Assembly (NCBI RefSeq): GCF_009914755.1
Contig: NC_060939.1
Length of the DNA: 64,000 nt
Reading direction: 5' to 3' (one strand)
DNA from: the human T2T-CHM13v2.0 reference genome, Homo sapiens
How positions within the stretch are numbered: the first letter of the stretch is position 1; the number at the start of each line of letters is the position of its first letter. The notes below the pieces were generated by a model, which saw only the letters and a list, made by a program, of their open reading frames with translations, did no database searches and was not told the origin of the DNA. A program made the position numbers and the translations under genes. Positions 15,711-29,421 of the stretch are shown piece by piece.

Positions 15711-16079
15711 TGTCTTAGTCTGCCCGGGCTGCTATAACTAAGTACCACAGACAGTGGGGCTTAAACAATGGAAATGTATTTTCTCCATTCTGGAGGCTGG
15801 GAATCCAGGATCAAGGTGTGGGCAGGGCTGGTTTCCCCTGAGGCCTCTCTCCTTGGCTTGCAGATGCTGCTTGCTGTGTCCTCACATGGCCTTTTCTTAC
15901 TCAGGCAGTCCCCATCTATTTTTTCGAATGAGGACATCAGTCCTGTTGGATTAGGGCCCACTCTTACTACCTCATTTAACCTTAATCACCTTGTTAAAGG
16001 CTCTATCTCTAAACACAGTCACATGGGGGCATAGGACTTCAGCGTATGAATTTTAGGGGACAAAATTCAGTCTATAACA
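15711..16079 (-). mobile_element. MLT1A/B-like MaLR LTR
   Basis: TGTCTTAGTC...TTCTGGAGGCTGGGAATCCAGGATCAAGGTG...CTCATTTAACCTTAATCACC...CAGTCTATAACA. Confidence 0.85.
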
Positions 16080-16110
16080 TGGTGCACGGTAAAATAAAGA
16101 CACCTGTAAA

Positions 16111-16310
16111 CAGTAGGTCTTTATCTGCGAGTTCTGCATTCCAAGGATTCAACCAATCGTAAATAAAAAATATTTAAATTGTGCTGGAGGATGTGCATAG
16201 GTTAGATGCAAACACCATGCCATTTTATCTCAGGGACTTGAGCATCTGTAGATTTTGGTGTCTGTGGGGTCCTGGAACCCATCCACCACATATACTGAGG
16301 GATGATTGTA
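16111..16310. mobile_element. MER2 (TcMar-Tigger) DNA transposon
   Basis: GGATTCAACCAATCG...GAGGATGTGCATAGGTTAGATGCAAACAC...GGGACTTGAGCATC...GGTCCTGGAACC. Confidence 0.8.
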
Positions 16311-17144
16311 TGTTCAAGGACTCAGACAGTTGGCCTCCTTCCAGCAAAATGGCATGATAAATCAAATGTCAAGAAAGACACTGGATCCAGGAAACAGGAA
16401 GGCCAACATAGGGGCCTGATGAAGGGGCCCCAGGTGTTGCTGGGTGGCAGGCTGGAGAACCTGTCCTAATGAGCTGATGTGGTCGGGAGCAGGAGTGAGG
16501 CTCTGGGAAGAGGCAGGTGTGCACTGAGAGGTATGACACGGGGCAGCACAGGACAGAAAGAGGAAATCACGGGGAAACGCACAGGATGCATGGAAATACA
16601 AGGACACAATGGTATTCTACAGTAGTATTCTACCTGTTTTGTGGGTTTAAAAAAGTATACATTGTATAGTCACAATCATGATAATTATTTATTGATTTTC
16701 AACTTTAAAAACAAATACGCAAACTTTAATTATGTTTATAAATGACAGAAATTAGGATCTGAGGAATGGGAGGAAAGGATGGAAGCAAAGGTCAGCTTAT
16801 TCTATTGCACTAGGAATCAAGGTGTCTCTAGAAGAAGAAAATGGTTGGAGGTAGATTATTTAAAGTTACAAAGGTAACCAATATAACTAATAGTCTTATA
16901 TCCATATTGGGAGGACTGGTTTGATGTATTGGAGTCTAAAATTGATAAATCAAGATGTATTTTAATGAGAAGGTATTACCTAGAGATCTGCAGTTAACTG
17001 TCAGGACTGGAAAGAGTGGAAAGAATGAATCTCTCCCCAGTCCCCCCAGTGCCACTGTCTCTGCTCAAGATGGAGGGATTCGGGTTGGTGAGATGGGCAG
17101 GGGTGCTGTTAATCCCCATCACACACCCTTACGTACTACAGTAT

Positions 17145-17200
17145 TCATATATATACATATATATATGTATATATATATTTTTAATATATGTGTATGTAAT
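17145..17200. repeat. (TA)n-rich microsatellite
   Basis: Directly visible. Confidence 0.85.
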
Positions 17201-19293
17201 TGAATATGAAGGTGTGTAATTAAATATGTAAAATATTTTTAAAACATATGAAATATATTTGATATTCATCAAACTGACATTTTTGTTGACAAAGACTTAT
17301 GAGTAAAAACTATCCCTTTCCTTTCTTCTTCATATAAACCTTCCCTGGCGTATTTCCATCTGTGGGAGCAACTTCTTACCTTGCAAGATTATTGAAAAGT
17401 TTATTTCAACCCAAACAAAGGATGCTATTACATTGTTACACTTCTATTAGAATAAAAATGCCTCCACTCTCTATATTTATATCTGAGAGTTTAGGCCAAT
17501 AATAATGTTTCTTCCGTTATTTTCCCTGTAAGCCTCTGGGTTCCATTTTGGCTGCATCTTATGTATGCCCAAAACCTCTTCACTAAATGGTTTTACTCTT
17601 TATGGTTTCTTTCTCCCTCTCTTCCAACGAATCCCCAAGGAAAGATTCCATCATGCCTTCCAGCCAGCCATGCTCTCTCAAATTCTTTCCCTTCTAGACT
17701 TCCTTCATTAGAGCAGAAGTCAATGATAAACATCCTGCATCTGGGCATCCTTGCTAAGGCGATGGCAGGAGACCATGTGTCCCTGAAGGAGAAGGAAAGG
17801 TCACGTGCACCAGGCAAGGGGAGCTGAGTGCCTCGGTCTTTAATGGGCCCTCCCGCGCATTTGCGTCTGTTTGCTGTTTTGAGGTCTAAGCTGGAGGTAG
17901 TCTGTGGACTCTTCTACCCAGTAATCCTGGGTGTCTTTAAACAAGATCCCTCTCCACATTGCTGATGGTAAGAGTGCTATGTCCAAAGCAAGAATGCAAC
18001 AGGATGTGTAGAGCTCATCACCACTGAGGGCCTTAGTGATTCCTTTCTCCATCTCTACTTCCCTTCTTCAGTGAACAGTTTCTTCTCAGGACCCAGTTCT
18101 GCAGCGTCAGAGGTTGATACCTGGGTCACCTTTCTCATTGCCGCCCCTACCCCATCTGAGTATTGAGGAAGCTCACACATTTCCGTCACATGTTTGTCAT
18201 TCTTACTCATTTGAAGTGGGACGATGTCCTTACCTGGTGTAGATATTGTCTTCGACTATTGGAGAACTTTGTAGGGAAGCGTATGTAGAATCAGAAAACA
18301 ATTACATGACTTAGAAGAAATCTATTGAATTAAGGTTCTTTTTAAAATTTGCAAATGATTTTGAGAAAATGGAGTCCACGTAATTATATGCCTTGTCTCT
18401 GTTTCTTTATTCTGCTTAGTGCCACTTTCCGCACAAAATAAATACATTTTTTTAAATCAGCAAATAATTTTGAGATAACAGAGAGTGCACTAACTTATAT
18501 GTTTCCTCTTTCTTTCTTCACCATGCCTAGTGCTATTTTCTGCAAGAGAGAAACACATATTTTCTCCACTGATTACTATATTGATTTGGCACAGGTGAGA
18601 GCTACTGGTTTTGAATCAACCGAACTCTCATTCCCATTGTAGCCCAGGATAAATATTAAATAAATTCCACTTTGGAAAGGGAACCATCAAAACCCACTTA
18701 GGTCAATGCCAGGGGCTGTCACAGATAATGCAGAACGCTAGTGCCGCATCAGCAGTCATGACAAGGTGACAGTGACCGTAAACTTCTCGGAAAGAAATCG
18801 ATGAGAAATTTACCACTAGGGCTTATACGGAGAAACAAAGGTGATTTAAATTTAGCACAGAAATGTGGCGTTACAGCCAGAATCTTGTTTTCCAGAGTTT
18901 AGTGATCCATTGATCTCAACCCCTGTGGTCAGTCATCTGTAAACTGTTAAGTCCTGAGAAAATTAACCTGCAATATGTAATGCTGTTTTCTGCTGAAGTC
19001 ACCAGGTCCTAATTTCCTCTAGCTGTTCCTTCTATGACAGAAACGACTGATACTAGGATATTTCCCCACATTAAGAGGTTTGAACTTGTCAAACACTTTC
19101 TCAAACAAGCAGATGAGACCTGTGATTAGCCATTTTAGGAGCAGATAGGAGCGTCCGATGCACAGATGGAACCCAAAATATTTAAAACCTTTGTTTTCTT
19201 TCCATCTATCTGTGGGAAAATTTTTAAACTTCAATTTATAAACCCCAAATGCTATGCCTGACTCATCTCTGCAAAGTTAATGGTATTCAATTA

Positions 19294-19576
<283 letters not shown>

Positions 19577-19812
19577 GTGCTGGAAAAGAGAAGCACAGGA
19601 TGCTTTGAGAACATATACCGGGGAGACGTGCCAGATATAGTAGGGGATGGGAAGGGCCGCTCCCTTGAGCTGAGAGACTGTTGGGCAAGGGAGGGGCACA
19701 GAGGAGAGGGCAGGATTCAAATCAGAAGTAACAGCAGAGGGAGGATCTAGAAGCCAGAAGAAACAGACAGCGGCCTCTGGAGAAACTGGAGAAATGGTTA
19801 GAGAGTGTGAGA

Positions 19813-20402
19813 TTAGCCCAAATACTAAACATAAAATAAAAGTACCATATCCCTTAGCATCCATCCTTTTCAAAAAATAAAAATAAAAAAAAATCAAACT
19901 CTAAAAATCCACCTAACCAAATTAGTCCTAAAAACCCAATTACCCTAAACTAAATGCTTCCCCACTGCCTTATTAAAAATCAAAACTGCCCCTCAAAAAT
20001 ATTAGTTTATCCCCTTATAAAATACTATATGAACTGCCTTATTTACATTGTACTACTAATGTCCCTACATTTAAAACCAAACATCAGTTCCTCAAAACCT
20101 ATAGTCTACTTTCTTTTCTCTTAAAACAAAGTATCCTAACACAAACACTACCCCTAAAGCTCCCAGCACATCAACACCAACCTAAAAATCACATCCTCGT
20201 CAAAAAATTTATAAAAAACCCTCAAACCAGCTTAAAAAAAAAAAACCTTATGAATACTCCTAACTACTAAAACTACAATCCAAACAACAACAAAAAAGTA
20301 AACTCACCACACCTAAGTCAAAAAACCACCACCATCACCTTCAAAATTATAAGCCATTATTCCAAAGTCAAGCCCTACCAAATTAAAACAAAAAAATCTT
20401 AA
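19813..20402 (+). pseudogene. HERV-I/HERVIP10-like pol (integrase C-terminal half), G-to-A hypermutated
   Basis: Translates [66 protein letters not shown]. This matches the gammaretroviral integrase pattern WEYHxPWHPxSSG..NQTLK..LPWTK.LP.ALLRIRTAP..GLSPYEMLYG with W>stop, E>K, R>K, G>S/E and M>I changes. Confidence 0.88.
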
Positions 20403-20903
20403 TTCTTAATTCTTTTATACCTTTTATATCGTCTCTCCCTCTTTCCTCACTCTATTACTAATTCACTATTAATATAACTGAATCTAACTCACCCCAAACC
20501 ATTATTCTTAATACTTATCTTTTATACCTTATAAAAATTTAAAAAAACAAAAACAACCAACTTCTTCAAATAAATATCTCTACCCTATTCCTCTAGTTTC
20601 TACAATTAACCCTAGTTCTCACCATTATAATCATCTACAACCAAAACACCGTTCCTTTACTCCCACAGCCTAACAACCTTATAATAATTAAAACTACATC
20701 CTTTAAACCACCCCATACCAAAGTTAAACCTCTACAAAAAAGTTTACATCAATCTAAAGCCCCTCCTCCATTTTACCAAAAAACCCACTCTCCCTAATTG
20801 CCAATCTCACCAATACAAACCTATCCTTATTTCTATTACTACCTCTACCTCCGCTGACCCTAAGCCTGCCCCCAGTCACTTCTATAGTATAAAAGCCAAT
20901 GTC
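20403..20903 (+). pseudogene. HERV-I-like env 5' portion, hypermutated and 3'-deleted
   Basis: Follows the pol end; same G depletion; ATTAATATAACTGAATCTAACTCACCCCAAACCATT (INxTxSxSPQTI-like) and TATAGTATAAAAGCCAATGTC (edited YGMGADV-like). Confidence 0.65.
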
Positions 20904-21091
20904 AGTTGAAAATGAAACGCAAAAACAAGTCATATTAAAAATAAAAACTTCTACTCTCCTTTGTTCTAAATACTCTCATAACAACCAGCCGTACAAAAAA
21001 CACCCGTCTATGCAAAAATAAATTTATTTTAATAAAAATCCTTTATCTAAATACTCATTTTTCCTTAAAACTCTAAGCCTTATTTCTAACA
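20904..21091 (+). mobile_element. LTR10-like 3' LTR, distal (R-U5) part only
   Basis: ATAAAAACTTCTACTCTCCTTTGTTC, an AATAAA signal and the ...CTTATTTCTAACA terminal CA; G depletion stops exactly here. Confidence 0.75.
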
Positions 21092-21496
21092 GACAGCAAA
21101 GGGTGGGTACCTGAGATACAGCAATAGAGACAGGTGGAAGACGACCCAGGTTCCCTGGGCTTCACATCGGAGCGAAGGGAAGCGCCGAAAGCATTAGGCA
21201 GGGAGTTACATGAACAGACACAGGTCTTCAAGGACCATGCTGGTCCCAACTAGGAAATATGATTTGAGTGAGCACTTCCATTCCAGCTACCAGTCCTTTA
21301 TCAAGTATGGACGTTGCAAATACTTTCTCTCAGTCTGCAGCTTGCCTTTTCATTCTCTCAGCTGTGTCTTTTAAAAGCAGAAGTTTTCAATTTTGATGAA
21401 GTCCAGTTTACCAATTGTTTTCTTTTCATGGATCATGCTTTTGGTGTTTTATCTAAAAACTCATCACCAAATGCAAGGTCAAGAAGATTTTCTCCT

Positions 21497-21800
<304 letters not shown>

Positions 21801-22720
21801 TGATTTTTTTTTCTGGAAGTTTTAGTTTTCAATTTTACATTTACATCAATCATTCATTTTGAGATAATATTTGTATGCAATATGAAGTATGGATTGGAAT
21901 TCTTTTTTTTTTCTGCTTATGGATATCCCATCTTTCAGTACTTTGTGCTGAAGATTATCTTCTGCATTGGTTTTTACCTTTGTCAAAAAATTGGTTTTAT
22001 GGACTTTGTTCTGTTCCATTGATCAATCTGTTTGTCTTTATCACACTGTCTGGATTACTGTAGCTTTCTAATAAACCTTGAAATCAGATTTTGATCCTGC
22101 ACATTTGTTCTTCTCTTTCAAAGTTACTTTGACTGTTTTAGGTGCTTTGCATTCCTACAAAAATTTTAGAAATAGCCTGTCAATTTCTAAAAAATGTCCT
22201 GCTGGGATTTTGATTAGGAATGCATCAAATCTATCATTTGGGAGAATTAGCTCTCAATATTGAGTCTTCTGACATACAAACACAGTCTATTCCTCCATTT
22301 ATTCCAGTCTTTTAAAATTTCTCCCAGTAATGCTATGTGGTTTCAATGTACATATGTTTTACATCTTCTGCCAGATTTATGCTCATGTATTTTACATTTT
22401 TGATGGTATTGTAAATGGTATTTTTTATTTGAACTTCTAATTGTTTGTGGCTAGTATATAGACATACAATTTATTTTTGTATATTGATATTGTATCCTGA
22501 AACTTTGCTAATACCTTTCTTTATAGTTTGCATAAGTAATTATATCATCTATGAATAACTACACTTGTACTTCTTCCTGCCCAATCTATATGTCTTCTAT
22601 TTCTTTATTTTTTCATGTGTTATTACATTGGCTAGAACCTTCAATATAAAAGTTTAACAGATGGAGAGCAGATATCCTTATATTGTTCCTGATCTTAGGG
22701 GGAAAACATCTAGTCTTTTA

Positions 22721-23023
22721 CTTTTTTTTTTTTTTTTTTTGAGACAGAGTTTTGCTCTTGTCGCCCAGGCTGGAGTGCAATGGCGCGATCTTGGCCCGCT
22801 GCAACCTCCTCCTCCTGGGTTCAAGCAATTCTCTTGCCTCAGCCTCCCAAGTAGCTGAGATTACAGGCATGCCCCACCATGCCTGGCTAATTTTTGTATT
22901 TTTAGTAGTGACAGGGTTTCACCATGTTGGCCAGGCTGGTCATGAACTGCCAACCTCAGATGATCTGCCTGCCTCAGCCTCCCAAAGTGTTGGGATTACA
23001 GGCATGAGCCACTGCACCTGGCC
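22721..23023 (-). mobile_element. AluS (Sq/Sx-like)
   Basis: Antisense Alu; TSD TCTTTTAC. Confidence 0.95.
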
Positions 23024-23038
23024 ATCTTTTACCTTTAG

Positions 23039-23270
<232 letters not shown>

Positions 23271-24789
23271 AGCTCAAGGAATTTATAGATGCCATTTATC
23301 TGATTAAGGAAGTTCTCTTCTATTTCTAGCTTACTGAGAGTTTTTTTTAACACAAAAATAGATGAATTTTGACAAATTATTTTTCTGCATCTATTGATAT
23401 GATTATATGCTTTCCTTTTTTAGTTTATTAATATGATTACTTAAATTATTGCAGTGAATTACATTAATTGATGAGCAGATCCTAGGCCAACCTTACATTC
23501 CTGCATTAAACCTCACTTGATCATGATGCATCTTCCTTTTTATGTGTTGTTGGATTCAATATACTATTTTTTAAAAAATTGCTTCTATCCCCAGTGAGGT
23601 ATATTGCTCTGTAGTTTTCTTTTCTTGCAATGTCATTTTCTGATTTTGATATCAGGGTAATCCTGGCCTCATATAATGAGTTGGGATGTAGTCCCTCCTT
23701 TGTAGTTTTCTGGAAGGTGTGTAGAGAGTAGGTTTTATTTTTTACTGATATTGTTAGTACATTCACTAGTGAAGTCATCTTGACATGGAGTTTTTTTATG
23801 GGAAGAATTTTTACTGAAATTTCAATTTTAACATAGATATAAAGATACTCAGATTATCTATTTCTTCAGTGCAATTTGGCCATGTGTGTTTTTTAAGGAA
23901 TATGTCCATGTCACTTCAGATACCAATTTATTGTCATAAAGTTCTTTAAAATATCCTCTTATTCTCCTCTTAATAAAAGTAGAATCTATGGTAATGTCAC
24001 CTCTTCTGGTTTTTGATACAACTAATTTGTCTTCTCTTTTTCCTGCTCAGTCTGGATATAGATTTGTCAATTTTATTAATCTCAAATAACCAGCTTTTAG
24101 TTCAATTGATTTTCTCAATTTTTTTTATTTCATTAATTTTTACTCTGATTTTTATATTTCCTTTCTTCTATTTTTTGGAGGCAGATGTGGTATCAATTTG
24201 CTTTTCTTTTTCCAGTTTCTTAAGGTGAAAGCTGAGGTGATTGATTTAAGGTCTATCTTTAATATTGCCTTTAGTGCAATATATTTTCTACTAGTTCTGG
24301 TTTAGATACATTCTGCATGTTTTGCTATGTTGTATTTTTCAAATTCATTTCAAATATTTTATCTCTGTGCAGTTCTGTCTTCTAACACTCTGTCTTGCAA
24401 ACTCTACCCAACTTGGCCTTCCCATACTCTCAGCTTCATTTCTTCACCTCAAGGAGTCCTCTTGGCTTCCCCCTGGGTGTTCCTTTCTCACACTAAGACC
24501 CAGAAACTCTTCTAAGCCAGTTAGCTGGGACAATCATAGGGGTCACCTCCTTTGATTTTCATTTCTCAGGGATTACTGAACCTCGTACACTGTTGCCCAG
24601 GGTCTGTCTTGCAAATCTCTTGTTTCATTTATCTTGTTCATTTTTTGTAGTTATTTCAGGCAGGAGGGTATATCTAATCCTTCTTCCTTCATCTTGGCCA
24701 GAAGCATGAATCACATCCTTCACTTCTGCCAGTGTCCAGCAGGCATGCCTCTCAGCTGGACTACTGCATCGCCTCTCCACTGCCCCCTA

Positions 24790-25345
24790 ACCAATCTGTC
24801 ATCCTCCTGCCAGGTCAGTTGGCCTCACCCAGAACTCCTCAGTGGTATCCGTGATTTCAGTGTAATATCTACACAACTTTAATTTGTAACCAATACTTTT
24901 TTAAAAGTTTCTATTGGTCTACTTTATCCTGTACCTCCCTTAGGCCCCCTGGACCTGCCCACCACCACCTGATTCACTAATTTCAAGTGACATGTTGTTC
25001 TTATTACCCTGTGCTTTCTGTGTGTGCTGTTCTTTTCCTAGCATGGCCTCTAATTCCAGGTTTTCCCAGAAAGTTCCTATCCTAATTTCAAGCATCAGCT
25101 CAAAGTTGTATCCTCTAACCATCACTTCCCCACATTGTGTTCTCGCTCTTGTGTTTGCACTGCATTTTCTACATATCTCCCTCCCAGCAAGTTTCATATT
25201 TTAAATGAATTTTCACACATCTGTGTGACTACAAGACTCTAAAGCCCTTGAAAGCAAACCACAGCATTTATATTTCATCTTTTGTGTCTCAGGCCCTGCG
25301 TAGTCCTGACATTAATAGGTGACATGAGTACATTTATGGGCTAAA
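24790..25345 (+). mobile_element. L2 3' end
   Basis: GCATCAGCTCAAAGTTG...AGACTCTAAAGCCCTTGAAAGCA...CCTGACATTAATAGGTG. Confidence 0.6.
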
Positions 25346-26107
25346 ACATAAGTCAGCTTGAAATCGGCCTGAGGATCATGTATCAAAAGGCATCACTGGG
25401 TCAGCAGGAGTGGTGATGGGCAGCCGAATGATCTTTCATTGTTAATTTTCATATATATATATCCATATCTGTCTATCTATCTACATGTCTGTTACAAATA
25501 TATATGCCTATATTAAGTTTTAAGAATCTTGGGAAATATTTTACTAATATAAACTAATATTAACTATAATATTCACTAATATTAGCTATGTTATTGAAAC
25601 ATTGAAATTTGAATACTTCTGCTATGTCCTCTTATAGAGAAGTGATTCCCTTTCTACCCAAAATTCAAAGAAATTCAAGTCCATTGCAAAAGGGAAGTCA
25701 GGAATAGATAATGAGTGTTCTAGATAGAATCCAAAATAGCAGGGTGTAGAGTAATATAAAAATGGTGACAATAATAATACAACTCTTAGAAAAAGGAATC
25801 AAGTTTTTCTCCATTAATATTATGAATGATGTGTGTTTGGGCTTAGGATCTAGAAATGTCTCTGTTGCAGGAGAGAAAAGCCATGAAGAGGAGGTGTGTA
25901 GATGTCTGATAATTGATTTTTGTGTGTGTGCCTTATGTCTTTAAAATACGAACGTTGGTGTTGGTGTGGAGCTTGACCGTGCCAGTTTGTTTAGTAGAGT
26001 CCCTCAACAGCTGGTCGTGTGGCCCTGTTTGTTCGACTCAGAAATCATAGCCAGACAGATGGAGAGGAAAAGTTCTATTGAAAGATAGTAAGTGAAGTAA
26101 GCCCTGC

Positions 26108-26512
26108 ACAGAAATATTAATACTGCCTGATGTCACTCATATGTGGAGTCTGTACAAGTTGATTTCACAGAAGTTGAGAGAAGAATCGTGGTTATCAGAG
26201 GCTAGGGAGGGCAGGGAGAAATTGGAGAGGTTGTTCCACGGGTACAAAGTTACAGTTAGAAGGAATAAGTTCTGGTGTTCTGTGACCCAGTGGGGTGACT
26301 ACAGCAAATAACAATGGAGTGCGTATTTCAAGAGTGTTAGAGATGTAACTCTAAGAGTTATCACCAAAAAGAAATGGCTAAAGTGATAGATATGGTCACG
26401 ATCCTGATTTGATCATTATACAGCTTATACGTGCACTGAAAGATCACCCTTACCTCATAAATGTGTAACATTATTTCATGTCAATCATAAATGAAAATGT
26501 AATTTTTAAAAA
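26108..26512 (+). mobile_element. L1MA/MB 3' end
   Basis: TCACTCATATGTGGAGTCT...GGGTACAAAGTTACAGTTAG...CTGATTTGATCATTATACA. Confidence 0.85.
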
Positions 26513-27075
26513 GGTGATGCACCATGATTCACTATCCAGGACCAAACATTATAAGGGGAATGGATTAACTCAGGCCATTCTTTGGGGGAATGGGTGGCCA
26601 GGAAGAAACAGTAGAGGAAATTCAACGGATGAATTCAAGGTCCTGGGTGGTGAGGATTGTTATTTGTTGTGATTTTACAATAACTTTAAGGACTGAGATA
26701 TGGAAGCCTGAGCAGAGAGGTGAAGCGCTAACCCTACAGGAGTTTAGCTCTCTGTCCCTCTGTCCTCCCATGCCAGGAGGTCCTGCAGACAACAAGGAGT
26801 ACCCGAGAGGACAAGGGAGAAAGGCTGTTCCACAAGTGAGTGCTCCCTGCACTTGCCCTGCACGCTGAAAGGGCTTGTCCCGACATCCTGACCCATTCTC
26901 CAGCCCTGCGACAGACCTTTGAGGTGTGTGTGGCTCTTCCACCAGAACTGCCTCCGCGGGTGCCTCTCGCTGCCACCCGCACTCTGTCCTCCTCGTGCTC
27001 ACTGCTTTCCACGGGTCTTACGCAGGGAGCTGCGCAAGCTGGTATGCCAGGTGCTGCAGATGAATGAGGCCTAGA

Positions 27076-27146
27076 CCACGCCCTCGGAGCTCAGGCCATG
27101 CCCTCAGAGCAACAGGCCACGCCCCGGAGCCCCCAGGCCACGCCCT
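27076..27146. promoter_or_regulatory. Four-copy GC-box (CCACGCCC, KLF/SP-type) tandem array next to CpG-rich DNA
   Basis: CCACGCCC x3 plus CCATGCCC at about 20-21-bp spacing; CpG-rich 26850-27050; CCAAT at about 27349. Confidence 0.5.
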
Positions 27147-28516
27147 TTAGGAGATCTCCCCAGAAGCTGGGGTGAGGGGTACAGAAGAGGATGGCTGCTG
27201 GGTATGCAACCTAGAGTCAGTCAGTCACAAACATGGCAGGAAAATAAGCTGTCTGTAAGTACCTACTCTTACAGCCTCCCCTGGGAACCGTGTGGGAGCA
27301 GGTGTGTGGTGGCTGGCACAGCGCCAGAGGGACCTCCTGCACCAAGAGCCAATGCACCTTAGATCAGGAGAGAGGAGAGCGGTCAGGGACGCATAGGCAG
27401 GTGATGGGGAGGTCTGGAGGAAGCTTTGCTGTTAAAACTTGTCTTTTCCATCATGCTAACTACTGTTGAGGTTCACATCTAACTTAAACTGGGGTGGCTT
27501 AATTGCATAAGTATCCCCTGGGAGCTTGTGCATTCTGGGGCCCTGGGTGGTTCTAGTTAACCAGTTTCCCCAGAGGTGACTATTCCGCTTCCCTCTGACT
27601 CTCCTTGAGGGGAGTCTCAGGCCCCGCCTGGTGCACAGGCAGTTTGTTCAGTGGCACTCACAAGAGGGAAGTGGGGAGCAGCTGCTGGCATGGGCCAGAT
27701 ACAGTCAGGTGTCAGATGCCCTGGGCAGGGTTTCCATCCAGACTGTCCTCAGAGGCTAGTGGATTTCTTCCCTCTTTCTTATACTGTATTCATTCCCCGT
27801 GGGTAACTAGGTGTTTCCTTGACAAAAGGAGTTTTAGCTATTCTCACAAGGGTGAGCTTTAAGGTTCATGGAAGTTGCATCTGTGCTGAGGTGGCCTCGT
27901 CTCTTGGGCACCCAGAGTATTTAGGTTCCACTGTCACAAAGACTCAGTCATCACTGGGCCAGGGTTGGAACCCCCAGACGGGGTTGTGTCATATTGCTAA
28001 GTGACATACAGTTTGGGCTCTGTGAGATACCTGAGTGGGCTTTATGTTGTCATTGATCTTAGAGCCATGGTATGTCTGTAACAGTATAGTACAGTGGTAT
28101 TTTCAAAGACCTCTGCAAAGAGGTGTCTATGACTGCACCTACTCTAAGTTGTTCCAAAGAGTGTTTTTGTATTTTTTTGAAAGTCTGACTGCTAAGTCAG
28201 GGCTGAATCATCCACACCAAGACAAGAGTTAAAGACTAATTAGAGTGGCTACAGCCCACAGTGCACCATTCCAGCCACCTCTGAAGGGAGCAGAACACTG
28301 GTGGGGGTGTGCTTTGCTCTCATTCAGAAAGAAGAGTGCTTCAAAAAGGCATTGCTTGTTTTATTTTTTTCCTTCAAGAAAGTAACAGAAAAAAACCCTG
28401 GCTGCTCAGAGATTCAAAATAGAATCAGGACAAGTAGACATTATGAGTTTTAATAATGAGCTAATAGAAAAGTGTTTTCACTAAAATATTTTACCATTGA
28501 AACATATACCCTACAA

Positions 28517-28713
28517 CAGGCATTGAAAGATTCTGTCATATAAAGGGTCATAGAGTAAATATTTGGTCTGTTGCCGCCACTCATCCCTGCACTTGTGCAA
28601 AAGCAACCATCGACTACACATAAACAAATGAATGTGGCTCTGTTCCAATAAAACTTTATTTACCAAAATAGGTGGTGGGCTAGATTTGGCCATAGTTTGT
28701 TGACTCTTATTCT
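28517..28713. mobile_element. MER58A (hAT-Charlie)
   Basis: GTAAATATTT...CATAAACAAATGAATGTGGCTCTGTTCCAATAAAACTTTATTTAC...GATTTGGCCATAGTTTG. Confidence 0.85.
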
Positions 28714-29421
28714 ACAATGATAAAAAAAAATACAAGGAGTAAAAATGATAGAGAAATGTGTCCTCTAAGCCCAAAGTAGAATTGTCTCGGGATTCTATCT
28801 GATACATGAAAGATGCTGCATTTTTTGGAGTAACTGTATACAGTTTATTTCAATCATGTGTCTAATACATTTTTCTTTTGGATTATAAATTTTGTCAATA
28901 AGGTTCAGGCTACAGCAAAGAAACTGAACAGTCAAGGGCTTAAAAAACATAGAAGTTTATTTTTATTATTTCATGTAATGGCCCTGCTTTGAGCCATCAG
29001 GTCAGTGGAGTGACTCTGCTCTTGTAAATCAGAAATCCAGGTTTCTAACTTGTTTTGATCCATCACTACCAAGACATTAACATGTTCTGCATGGTTGAAA
29101 CCAGGTCGAGTCTGTCTTCAGTAGGTAGCAAGAACAAAGGGAGCACAGAAGAGGAAGCTGATGGCTCAAGGCGCAGAAGTCGTATGAGCTATTCTCAGTC
29201 CACTGGCAAGAAATGGTTAGTCTTATGCTGTGTTGCATGGGAGATAAGGAAGTACAGTCACCTGAACATAAGACAGGTAACAGGATTATCTGCCTAGTCA
29301 GCTGCTGTATATCAGTGCCTGGTGCAGTGCCTGGTTCATAGTATCAGTATAATACACATTTGAATGACTGAAACATTTTCCCGAGTATAATCCTAATCAC
29401 ATTTCCCAGACTTTCTTATCT

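Larger units (their letters stand above)
19577..21250 (-). mobile_element. Degenerate L2 (19577-19812 and 21092-21250) hosting the ERV remnant
   Basis: Purine-rich L2 antisense-like motifs (AAGTGCT...GCACAGGATGCTTTGAGAACA...GAGCTGAGA; GGCAGGGAGTTACATGAACAGA) on both sides of the ERV. Confidence 0.55.

Noticed and set aside
18640-18900. CpG-retaining unique segment as a coding exon
   Set aside because: No convincing splice-site pair or recognisable reading frame; it could be an enhancer, but sequence alone does not support that
19813-21091. G-poor segment as a mitochondrial insertion (NUMT) or simple low-complexity DNA
   Set aside because: No mitochondrial gene or tRNA motifs; it decodes to retroviral integrase motifs and ends in an LTR-type CA terminus
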